In this document: one piece after another, positions 24,558 through 36,100 of the stretch
Position numbering within the stretch: position 1 is the stretch's first letter
Layout of the letters: each line of letters begins with the position of its first letter
Source of the DNA: Marsupella aquatica
Lineage: Eukaryota; Plantae; Marchantiophyta
Length of the DNA: 64,000 nucleotides
NCBI GenBank assembly: GCA_973895155.1
Contig: OZ316893.1
Location: forward strand, 23,024,015-23,088,014
Direction: 5' to 3'
Translations under genes and position numbers: made by a program
Notes under the pieces: generated by a model
What the model saw: only the letters and a program-made list of their open reading frames with translations
The model's database searches: none
Told to the model about the DNA's origin: nothing

Positions 24558-25337
24558 AATAGCCTATGTGGTCACAACAACCTATCCAATATGATTTTGA
24601 TGATAGGGACTTGAGGGACAGTTCAGTGGACCTTGGCTAAGTACACAGTTTAACAGTGAGGCCAGTGGCCAGACCTAAGTGCAACCAAACAATATGATTT
24701 TGATTATGCTAAGGACAATACAGTTTCACATATGTTCTGAGGCCATTTTTTAATACAATTTCTGACAATACATTCAGGCCTCTCTCATTACATGTGAACT
24801 CAAGTTCAGCCAATAGGTGCAATACTTAGATAATTGTAAGGGAGGAACTTCTTCCTTATTTTCCAAGGATATTGAACATTTTTTTGGCAGTTTCACATGA
24901 CTGCACAAAGAGGCTCACTACTCCACAAATTAGAAAGTGCAATACCTCTATAAGACTCAATTTTCTGTTCTCCATACGAGCAAAGTTCTGGAGGTGTGAT
25001 GATGACATGTCTTGTGTGTCAAAAGGGATTCCTGCACCAAGCACCTGACCTTTTTACTTTGGTTTCCTATACTCCGAATACATGCATTACAAGGATACTA
25101 TAGTCGTACAACTGACTTATCGATTACTGCATAACTTTTCAAATTGCACTTATGGTTGATACTCTAGGACTCTTTGAAAGAATTATAAAACTATCTGTAA
25201 CCTCGGACTGCCTGTCTGAACTTCTAAAATCGTGTGAAAGTGTGTAAACTTGTGACGTCTCACCTGTGTTAGGCAAAACCAGAAATACATCTAGGTTCAA
25301 ATACATCTAGACTCGAGTTCATGAAACACATATCTTT

Positions 25338-26003
25338 CTGTATTCAATTTGTGTAGTAGCTGTGTGTCACCATTTGAATCATGATACCAAATTTCGAACT
25401 ACATACCATCCAATGAATCATTTGATTTAGAAAAGTTAGAATGCCTACAAATATAGAGAATTCTTAGTCGGAGACCTAAGATATTCACATGACAGACATG
25501 TTAATATCGTCGAAGGATCGCAATTTATGAGTTTCACAAAAGCATTTGCTTCATCTTCCAATCCTGCGAAAAACAATCAATAAATCAATCCTGTATTCGA
25601 TTTGTAGCGTACCTGTGTATCACCAGTTGAATCCTAATCCCCAAATTTCCAACTCCATAACATCCAATGAATCATCTCATTTAGAAAAGTTGGAATGCCT
25701 ACAAATATAGAGAATCTTAACTCGGAGAAGTAAGATATTTACATGACAGAGATGTTAAATATTGCTGAAGGATCACAATTTATGAGTTTCACAAAAGCAT
25801 TCGCTTCATCTTCCGATGCTGCGAAAACAATCAATATGTCAATCCTGTATTCAATTTATAAAGTACCTGTGTGTCACCATTTGAATCAGAATCACCACAT
25901 TCCGAACTACACAACATTGAATTTAGAGAATTTGTAAAGCCTACAAACAAAAAGAATTTTCATTCATTTCGGAGAAGATATTTACATGACAGATGTTGAG
26001 ATA
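25338..26003. repeat. Tandem repeat of about 254 bp, about 2.6 diverged copies, downstream of NLR copy B
   Basis: CTGTATTC(A/G)ATTT...CTGTGT(G/A)TCACCA at about 25338, 25590 and 25845; GCCTACAAA and ACATGACAGA recur in each copy. Confidence 0.85.
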
Positions 26004-26663
26004 CGACAGAAAATAGTAGTCTAGGTTTTCCTGTGCGCTTGCAACGGAGAAAGTTTCGTTCCAAATCCACATTGGGTGTTGCCTAATTGTCCTGAACTGG
26101 ACCCAGACTAATTGAGGCAGGCTACAGGTACATTTATAGGAATGCAGGATATATAGAGTACAGTTTCGGTGACAACGGAGTTGTTCAGGTTTCCTTACCA
26201 AAGCATTAGATGAGCATAAAATCCAGAGAGAATCTTCAGGACTAAAAGTAACTCTGATACCGGTACCTTCGATTGATCGGAACAGGAGCATGTAAATTAT
26301 TGTTATTTTAGTTGGTTTGTCAGAAGGGACATAAGTTTGAAGCGATAATACAACGGCAGGAAACAATATACACAGTATGAGCACCCATACCATGGTGATG
26401 ATGCAAAGACCGGCCGGTGGAGAATTGTTTTGATTCATTTATTCAAGCTGTCTTCACTTCCTAGTTTCTGCCCGCCATCACTGACCCCATCTTCGCAGCC
26501 GCTTCCCCTGTTTGAATTAATGTTCACATCTTCTTCCATGCCCAAGACACCGAGTTCACCTGAATCTCATTTTCGCAATTGAAGACATTCAGCGGAAGCT
26601 AGAGCTCTACTCTCAGTGAGACCTGATGGAGGAGAAATCTCAAAACAGAGACGAACAAAATTC

Positions 26664-29600
26664 TTAAAGTTCAAACTCCAGAAAAGCTACAGGAAACTCG
26701 ACCAAATAGTAGTAATCTTCTCTCGAATCTGCTTTTTTGAGGCCCAGAGCTAAGCATCTTTCGGCGTCCTTTTGAGCTCCATCTATGTCCCCCAGTAAGA
26801 ACTTGACATAGCCCCGGTGCTTCAAACATTCATAGTCATCAGCGCTAATTTCCAAGGCTCTTGTCAGGTCTTCCAATGCTCCTTGGAGATTGCCTGCCAT
26901 TCGCTGTAGTATTCCGCTTACTTGCAAGAAGAAAACCCTATCATTGTAGCCACACACGCTGGCGTCAAAATCGTCCCAAACTGCAAGGGCTCCCAGAAAT
27001 TCCTTCTCCTTAACTTTTTCTTTGATTTTCTTATGTGACGACGTGAAAAGGCTTTCCACCCAATGCTCCCTTTCTTCCAGTCTAAAAAATGCCAAGGGCA
27101 ATTGCACCACAGGATCCATTGCCATGCATCTTTCTGCATCCTGTCGCGCTCCACTGTCATCCCCCATCAAGTATTTGACATAACCCCGATGCTTGAGCAG
27201 ATCATATTCGTCGTCGTCTATTTCCAAGGCTGCTGTCAGGTCTTCCAAAGCTCCTTGGATATCTCCTGCCATTCGCTTCAGTATTCCCCTTTCTTTCAGG
27301 AAGAAACGACTATCATGACAGCCACACACGCTGGCATCGAATTCATCCCAAATTTTAAGGGCTCCTAGGAATTCCTTCTCCTCTACCTTATCCATGACTC
27401 TCCCATGTGACAACCTGAAAAGATTTCCCACCGAATGCTGCCTCCCCTTCAGTCTGAATTCCAAATATGCTACGGGCAATCCTCCCAAACAGTTCTGCCC
27501 ATCCACCTTAGGCTCCATCGCCATACATCTTTCTGCATCCCTTTGCGCTCCACTCTTATCCCCCATCAAGTATTTCACGTAACCCCGATGCTTAAGCAGC
27601 TCATAATTGTTGTCGTCTGTTTCCAAGGCAGCTGTCAGGTCTTCCAAGGCTCCATCGAGATCACCTGCCATTCGCTTCAATAAACCCCTTTCTTTCAAGA
27701 AGAAAACCCTATGATAATAGCCACCAACCCTGGCGTCGAAATCGTCCCAAATTGCAAGGGCTCCCAGAAATTCCTTCTCCTCTACCTTCTCCATAACTTT
27801 CTCATGTGAGGAGCTCCAAAGATGTCCCTCAACACCTTCACTTCCCTTCAGTCTGAATTCCATAAATGCTACGGACAATCCTCCCAAACAATCATACATC
27901 CCACGCTCCACAGGATCCATTGCCATGCATCTTTCTGCATCCTCTCGCGCTCCACTCTTATCCCCCATCAAGTATTTGACGTAACCCCGATGCTTGAGCA
28001 GCTTATAGTTATCGTCGTCTATTTCGAAGGCTGTTGTCAGGTCTTCCAGAGCTCCATGGAGATCGCCTACGATTCGCTTCAATATTCCCCTTTCTTGCAA
28101 GGAATAAACCCGCGAACATTGGGAATACACCGTGACATCAAAATCACACCAGATTGCCAATGCCCCCTGGAAGTCTGAAATCCTCACCTTGTCCATCATT
28201 TCACAATGTGCTGAGCACAAATTTGTCGAGTGCTCATTGCGTTCTGTTTTTCCTGCCAGCCTGAAATCCATGTATGTTACTGTTTCTTTCCCAAAACCGA
28301 AGGGGAGCCACCAAATAGGACCGTTTGCGCGATCTGTGCGAAGAAGTCTTAAGGCATTTGCACCATCATCATTTGCACGACCGAGATCCCCCAACAAGAA
28401 GTTCACGTAGCCTCGGTAACTCCAACACTCATACAGGCTGCGGTACTCACGAGATTCTGCGTCATCAGATGATACTTCCAATGCGGCAGTGAGATCTTCC
28501 AAGGCTCCCTGGAGATCTCCCATATGACATCTCATTATGCCGCTCGCTTGCAACAACAATTTATGCCACCTCGGTTTTAGCATAGCGAGGTTTGCGCAAC
28601 AAATATATTCCAGGGCTCCCTGATAGTCATGTTCCGACACCTTCTCCATCGCATTTTCGTGCATGAAGATCATGAGCGCCTCTAACAGTATGATGTTGTC
28701 CTCATGGGCCAAGGAGAAACGCTTATCTTGCACCTTAAAGATCTTCTGTGATGTGGCGAGAGGGGCCACACCAGCGTCTCCCAACCAGGCAGGTAATTCC
28801 TGGACGTATGGGAGGACAGAGAGCTCCAAAGTGTGCAAAGACTGCATACTCTTCATGAAGTCAGGAATGCTTCTTATAGAAAGCCCCCGAAGAACGAGAC
28901 TAGTAAGCGCCGTCAGTTCGGCAAGAGACTCGGGCAGCATCTTGATCGGGATAAGAGTTCTCTCTCCAATGATTTCCAAGTTAAGTAACTGGGTGAGTTC
29001 GCCGAAGGGAATGACTGAGAGGATATTCGAACGACAATTGGTCAGCTCTAGGTGCCTCAAACTGGAGAGTTTTCCGAATGAATTCACGACAGCTTCTAAT
29101 TGACATCCTTGCAACTTGAGGTCTTCTAATCCTTCTAGATGTCCAAAGGAGTCGGGGACTCGTAAGTCGCAAAAACTACGGATTTCTAGGTGCTTCAGGG
29201 CAGATAGGTGTCCAAAGGAATGGGGCAAAGCTTGCAGTTTGTTACAATCAGTGATTTCTAGGTGCTTCAAGGCAGACAGGTGTCCAAAGGAATCGGACAA
29301 GACTTGCAATTCGTGACAACGATGAATTTCTAGGTGCGTCAAGGCAGCCAGGGTTCCAAATGAAGTAGACAGGAAGTTGAGACTCGGACAAAACTTGAAC
29401 ACAAGACGATCGAGTGCGGATAGATCCCCGAAGGTGTCAGGAAGGGAACGTAATTCAAAACACCAGTGAAATTCAAGATCTTTCAACTTGGATAGAGCAC
29501 CGAACTTTTCGGGCAGAATATGAAGACGATGGCAGTACATGAATTTCAAGTACTGCAACTGCGATAATTTGCAAAACGTCTCAGGCAAACTCTTTAGATC

Positions 29601-32600
29601 GCAATCATATAACACCAAATGTTCCAACTGGGATAAATTGCCGAATTCATCCGGTACACAGTGCAAGCTTGTACTGATAAAGATTCTAAGAGCTGATAAT
29701 TGTCCAATAGATCTGGGTAGGACCTCCACACCGTGTAGTTGCAAAACTACGAGACTACCTTGAAGGACAAAGTTGAAAGTATCAAGACGCCCACTGCATT
29801 TGAGTAGGACAAGCTTACTCGGGAGTGACCTCTCTTCCTCAACTCCGTCAATGAACAGCGGGCCATCCATTTCCAGATACAGCAATTTCTTCAGTTTCTT
29901 AAGCGTATGGCTTGGAATGTGAATATCTTCACTTGAGGAAGCATCACTTGTGGAAGCATCCCAATGGTTGGACAACCGCAAGTCATGAATATCCTACAAT
30001 GTCATAATATCCTCACCATTTAGTTCAGATCTCATCAAATCAGCGCTAGTTGAGTCCAATACATACGAACGACTACTGCAAACCCAGCTAACTAATTGTC
30101 ATTCCTGAAACCCTCCCTTACTGCTTTGAGATAAAATGCTTTGCAATGTTACATATGCCTCAAACATTTGAAGCCCAAAACAAACTTGACATCTCCTCAC
30201 TACAGAATTTTATCTCATCAATCTAGAGCTCACCTGATTCGCCAACTCCTCATCGTTTTGTAGTAGCTTTAAGGCAATTCTCCGATCCCATACTCTGCAC
30301 CTTCCACTGTTACTTGGCTCAGAAGCTATTTTTCGTCCCAGACTTAGAAGTTGGTCATGGGTCTTAATACTCTCATTCTCCTCCACATGATAAACAAGAG
30401 ACCTGTCCACCAAGGTTTGCCATTGTATGGTCTCATACTGCGTCTCATAAGCTTTCCTCCAAGCTGCTTTTGCATCGCGCAAACACCAAAAATACCCTTG
30501 AAAGAAAGTTGTGGCATCTAGGAACATTTGCTGCTCCACCTCGTCGAGTCCGTCGTAGCTCACTCTCAACTTTGCCCACAATCTCTTGTCAAGATCTCGA
30601 ATATTGTCAGCATTTATCACAGCTTGCAAAGTTTGCTGCCAAAACTTGCGATCCTGTTCGAATTTGAGGTGCTTTCCAAGAACTTCAAGCGTGAGGGGCA
30701 GCCCAGAACACTTCTCCACTATAGCCACCATATCACGTTTCAAGTTTGCGGGTAGATTTGCGGGCTGTGGGAAAGCATGGCTTAGGAACAGCTTTTCTGA
30801 ATCTTTTTGGTTCAAAAATGGGACTTTAAAAATATCAACATCGTCCACGCGCTTGAGAATGTCCCCATCACGAGATGTAACAATGAACCGACTTTGTGGA
30901 GAGGGACCATCAACGAGGTGTGATAACACGGTTATATCAAGATCATCACTGATATTATCCAAAACAAGTAGCAGTTGCTTGTCATTTAAAGTAGACCAGT
31001 TCTCGTCGTCTTCAACCCCCGCTTTAACCTTCCTTCCAAGGCGGTGCATATGTTTCCACACTACCTTCTTTACCTCCTCAACAGCCCGTCCTTTCACCTC
31101 CAGATCAGGGACAAAGCAACTGTACTCGTATGCGGGACTTAGTTCATTGAATACCGCCCGTGCGAGAGTGGTTTTCCCAAGCCCACCCATGCCCACCAAG
31201 CCCAGCGTTGGAAATTTCTGAAGCCTGCTTTTAACCTCCTGTACGAGTACGTCCATATTGACCAGTTGCTTTGGCAGAAATTCCCGATTTTGACGAATAG
31301 CTTGCCTTTCAAACACGGCTCGTTCTTCCTAGATTTGCAACAAGAGCAGGTTAGAAAAACAGCAATCCTAAAGTCCTTTGATATGAATTTTGACCTTTCA
31401 GTTGAGAAGACAGGACACAGGATGTCACTGGAAAACAAGGACATGCTGTAGTTCTGGGCAACCTTTGAATTGTCGCAAACGCTGCTGAGTGTTGTGAGGG
31501 CGTTGAACCTTCGGGAGGTTTTAGTCTCTGGTCTGCACACGGAGAAATGGTCTGCGCTACTATCAAGATTAAAATTCACCCCATCTCTGGCAGAGCCTTC
31601 TGGTACTACAACAATACCTCGGAATACGCCCTGCATGGCCACAGAAACGATGTCAAATTGATGTACCAAAAAGGCAAATTGGACATCGCTTTACCACTGG
31701 TGAGTCTTCTACTCAATAACACTTTCATTAGTTCAGAGACTCAAGGTAAGGGCATTCATGTAAACTATGATATGTCTTGTACCTATATATATATTCATAA
31801 AAACACAAACTCTACATGGTAGATGAATATGCTTAGAAAAAATATTGAAGTTTGTGCTTGGACGAGACTTCCCAGTTTTAGCTCATCCAGACACCACAGT
31901 GCCCAATGTTCAATTGACCCGTCAAATGACTGGCCAAATTCATGACAAGACTTGCTACTAAGCGAACCGACTAAAAGAAAGATAGCCGATTAGGAAATCA
32001 TCTGGAAGGACAGCAGCAGTACCGTTTTCACAGGGAGCATTTCCCCCAATCCTTCGATTTTCCACTTTGGGTAACACGTGCACAAATTTTGGAAGTATGA
32101 ATTCAGCCGGCTCGTGTCTTTGCTTAGAGTGGTGAAGTAATCAAACAAAGGGCGGCTCAAGGCACTTCTTGCTCTTCCTATATCAGAACTGCCGTGATGA
32201 GGGGTACTATATTAAAATACCCCTCTCAAGCTATCAAGGAAATTCTTTTTCTTGGCCGCATTCATGCTGGACTCGAATGTGTCGTGTGCTTGATGACACA
32301 GGTCCTTGATGACCAAACCCCCAAAAGAGTGGCCCACCAAGACCACTGGGCAATGAGGCGTCTGACCAATGTTTGCCTGCATCAGATCACTGATCAAGTT
32401 TTCGCTAATTATATGCATGTCAAAGTTTTCAGCAGAACCCTTTCTCAGGCCTTCAATATAAGAGACACCTAGGATGTGAGCGTCAGGGAACTCCTCCGCG
32501 AGCCAAACCTTCGGCCAAATACAGCTTTCGTCCCCACTCATCCAGGTAGATAAGTGTGCTTCGGCGGATTCCCCAAATGGAAGCCCGTGGAAGAATAATA

Positions 32601-33066
32601 CTTGTATGGCGGGATCACCCTTAGGCTTGTGAAGCTCGTAGAGGGAGTCATTCACCTGAGATATCACGAACACAGGAAGGTAAGTATTGATTAGTGGTCA
32701 TCACTCTTCATCTGGTTTCGACAGGACGCTACAATAGAAGAGAAACTCAGACATGTGAATATCAAGTGTATGAGAAGCTTTCTCTGAAACCGACGGTTTG
32801 AGCAGTTTTGGATGGAATGTTAAACCAATCAACCAACTGAATGTCACTAAGGAGAGATGAGGGACCGTATGGATGATCACCTCACGTGCTTGGAGATTCC
32901 ATTGTTGCACCTTGCTGCGGCGTCGATTAGCTACAACGGGTCTGAGGAAGAATAAGCCAAGTAGACAGCACAAGATCACAATAGACAGTTGGGCTACTTC
33001 GTCAGTCGCCACTAGAATCGGAGCAAATCTCGCCGAAATTACGGAAACACAATTGATCGCCTCCAT
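26664..33066 (-). CDS. NLR copy B: membrane anchor + alpha/beta-hydrolase + NB-ARC + LRR + TPR super-repeats; exons 33066-32881, 32655-32023, 31630-31463, 31328-30234, 29993-26664; one in-frame TAA at 32212-32214
   Basis: All four introns have GT-AG ends and are phase 0, joining 62+211+56+365+1109 codons. Motifs: LSIVILCCLLGLFFL-RRR; VLFFHGL, WPKVWL, GHSFGG, TPHHGS, ADHFSVCRP; GMGGLGKTT, LLLVLDN, IVTSRD, GLPL, THD; 24-aa LRRs; five TPR-like units. Functional status is uncertain because of the stop. Confidence 0.88.
26667..28660 (-). repeat. Coding tandem array of about 400-bp TPR-like units (one diverged plus four conserved)
   Basis: Units 28256-27849, 27848-27450 (399 bp, 133 aa), 27449-27078 and 27077-26667. 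Core ERGILKRMAGDLxGALEDLTAALEI...YELLKHRGYVKYLMGDxSGAxxDAERC. Confidence 0.93.
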
Positions 33067-33188
33067 TGCGAGCCTCAGAAGAAAGACTTTGTCTAGTGGC
33101 CCCAACGCGATGGGCCCTTGCAGATCAAATTATGCGCTTAGCCCCAGAATGAGTCAACTGGTCAGATCCATCCTCGTCGTGAGGCCAG

Positions 33189-36100
33189 TATTAGAAAAGG
33201 TTTAATTGGTAGGCCACCGTCCAAAGTGGTAGGCCACCGTTCTTAGTTGTAGGCCACCGTCCTAAGTGGTAGGCCACCGTGCTAAATTAGTGACTTAAAT
33301 TAGACCATGAGGTGAATTATGTTATAGGCACATGTGAGAGAATGTGTAACATGAGAGAATACACAATATTCTGGTTTGACTTGACCTGGCATCCAAGGGA
33401 TGCCCTCCATGTATAAAACCCCTCACTACTCAATGACATACACACCGCATTTCCACATTCTTGGGCTCATGGATTTCTAACATGGTATCAGAGCCTTGTT
33501 ACGTTACTTCTGAATTGTGTGACTTCATATTTCTTATGAGGAGAGGAGAGTTGGTCTAGAGAGAGGATTCCCCCTCTAGAACTATTTGAATCAAATTTGA
33601 AGAAATAAGAATTGGACTCAATTCCCTACCAATTGATGAGAAAAGTTTTTCAAGCAGGTACATCGGGCAGCAAGACAGATTTTTTTGGGGGGGAGCAGTT
33701 GAGGCCAAATCTAAGCACGATTAGATGGCATTTCAGAAGGAGCAGAGTTTGTCGAATTCACGTTTTGGGAGAGAGGACGCTTGATCTCAAATTTTTTTTT
33801 TGGCATTGTGAAGAATGTGACGACGCAGATGCAACGGAAAGCATTCCGAGTAGGTCATCTGTGGTGAGTAACAATAGAAGTGTTCTATTGTGAATGCAGT
33901 GCTTCTTGCAGTGGTCAAGAAGATTTTTTGCGGTGGCAAGAAGATTATTGGATAGTGATCCAGTCAAAGGCGTTGGTCCTTTTCTATTGAGCAACGGCTC
34001 AACATGACGTCAAACATAAAGATCCCAAAGTTTGATGGCACATATTTCCAAGTGTGGAAAAGAAAACTGACTTTGAGTTTCAAAGATGAGAAGCTGATGG
34101 GAATTGTTGATGGCACTAGCCCGAAGCCAACAACAACTCCAACGTACACCCCAACAAAAGATGAATTGGAAGAGTGGGATCACAAAGATAACAAGGCACT
34201 TCGAATTCTGACACAAGGTATGGAGAATTCACAAGCACATCATATCAGTAGTGCCAAGACTGCTGCGGAAGCATGGTCAACACTTCTCAACATGTTTGAA
34301 GCAAGTGATGCCATAACCAAGATGTATCTTCATGACAAGTTGGCTACTCTCAAGATGAAGGAAGGAGAAAGCTTCATAAAGCATGTACATGCTTTAAGGG
34401 GAATTTTGGAGCAACTTAATGCAGCGGGAGCACCAGTGTTAGATGAGGATGCACGATTGGCACTCATGAGGAGCATGCCTCAAAGTTGGAGGAGGGCAAT
34501 TATTCCTCTAAGGAGGGATACAACTCTTACTCTTCCGTCCTTGATTGCATATCTATTGCAAGAGGAAACGATGCAAAAAACGGAGGACTTGGCAGGATTG
34601 ACAACAGCACTTTACATTGACTCAAGGCTAGGGTCAAAATCTACCATCTCACAAGGTAGTAATTTTGGGAAGGCTAGCACCTCCCAAAAACCATGGAAGG
34701 AGAAAGCTTCCAAGATGAAATGTCACTTTTGTAAACGGAAAGGACATTTTATTCGCGACTGCAGAGCAAGGATAGCCAAGGAGGGAAATGATGCCAAGAA
34801 GGTTCAAGCGAACTCAGTCATACATAAGTTGTATGTGGCATCAATTGGGAATTTCGATGAAGGAGATTCAAGTTGGTATGTGGACACAGCTGCAACCCAA
34901 CATATGGCGCATCATCGAGAAACTTTGTGGAATACAAAGCTTGGGATCATGCCCAAGTAGTGTATTTGGGAGATGATTCGACCTTGCAAATTGCTGGAGT
35001 GGGAAGTGTTCCCATTAAACTCCAAGATGGTTCAGTGAGGATGTGGAAAAGGTGCTTCATGTACCTTGTCTCACAAAGAATCTATTTTCAGTGAACCAAC
35101 TTGATGAAGAAGGAGGAGAGGCTATCATCAAGAAAGGTTCATGTACTTTGAAGAGTCCAAGTGGCTCTATCATTAGTACTTGCTTTACTGTTAACAAGTT
35201 ATATAAACTTGGTGTAACTGTAAGCCTCCATAGTGCAAATATTGCTATCACAACAAGTGGGGCGATGTGGCATAAAAGGCTTGGCCACATCAATGAAGCT
35301 AGAATGCAACAACTGCAAGACCACAACATGGTGGAAGGCATTGGTAAATTTGATGGAGTTTCTTTGTCTAATTGCGGAGCTTGTGCAAAGGCAAAGTCTA
35401 CAAAGTTGAAATATCCGAAGGGTGGAAGATCAAAGGCAACTGAACTTCTTGCCTTAGTTCATTCAGATATTTGTGGCCCAGTTCGCATTGCCACTCATTC
35501 AGGCTATGTCTACTTCATCACATTCATTGATGATTTCTCGAGATATTGTACCATATATCTCTTGAGGCACAAGTCAGAAGCCTTTGAGAAATTCAAAGAG
35601 TTTAAAGCTCTTGCAGAAACACAAACCGGCAAAAAGGTTAAGGTGTTGCGGTCTGACAATGGAGGAGAGTACAAGTCGACAACCTTTGACCTATTTTGCA
35701 AGGAACATGGGATTGCAAGGCAATTTACAGTTGCAGAGACTCCTCAACAAAATGGAGTAGCTGAGAGAAAGAATAGAACACTAGTGGAGGCAGTTCTATC
35801 CTTGTTGAATCATTCAGGTCTATCTCAATCCTATTGGGGGGAAGCTATTCATATAGCTAACTACCTTCAAAATCGAACACCCACAAAAGCACTAGATGCC
35901 GACAAGACACCATATGAGCTTTGGTATGGGAGAAAACCAAACTTGTCACATCTTAGGGTTTTTGGATGTAGAGCACATCTTAACATCAACAAAAACCATC
36001 GAGGGAAGCTTGACAATCATGCCGAAGATTGTATTTTTTTGGGATATCCAGAAGACTCCACATCAAGAGATGTCTATAGAGTTCAACGAACAACCGATCG

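Noticed and set aside
25941-26438. 165-aa ORF with a hydrophobic N-terminus downstream of NLR copy B
   Set aside because: The paralogous region (about 1550-2010) does not keep the frame, which fits 3' UTR or flank.
34900-35060. Programmed ribosomal frameshift between gag and pol
   Set aside because: Two separate shifts lie inside the protease region with no obvious slippery heptamer. Decay indels or sequence errors are more likely.
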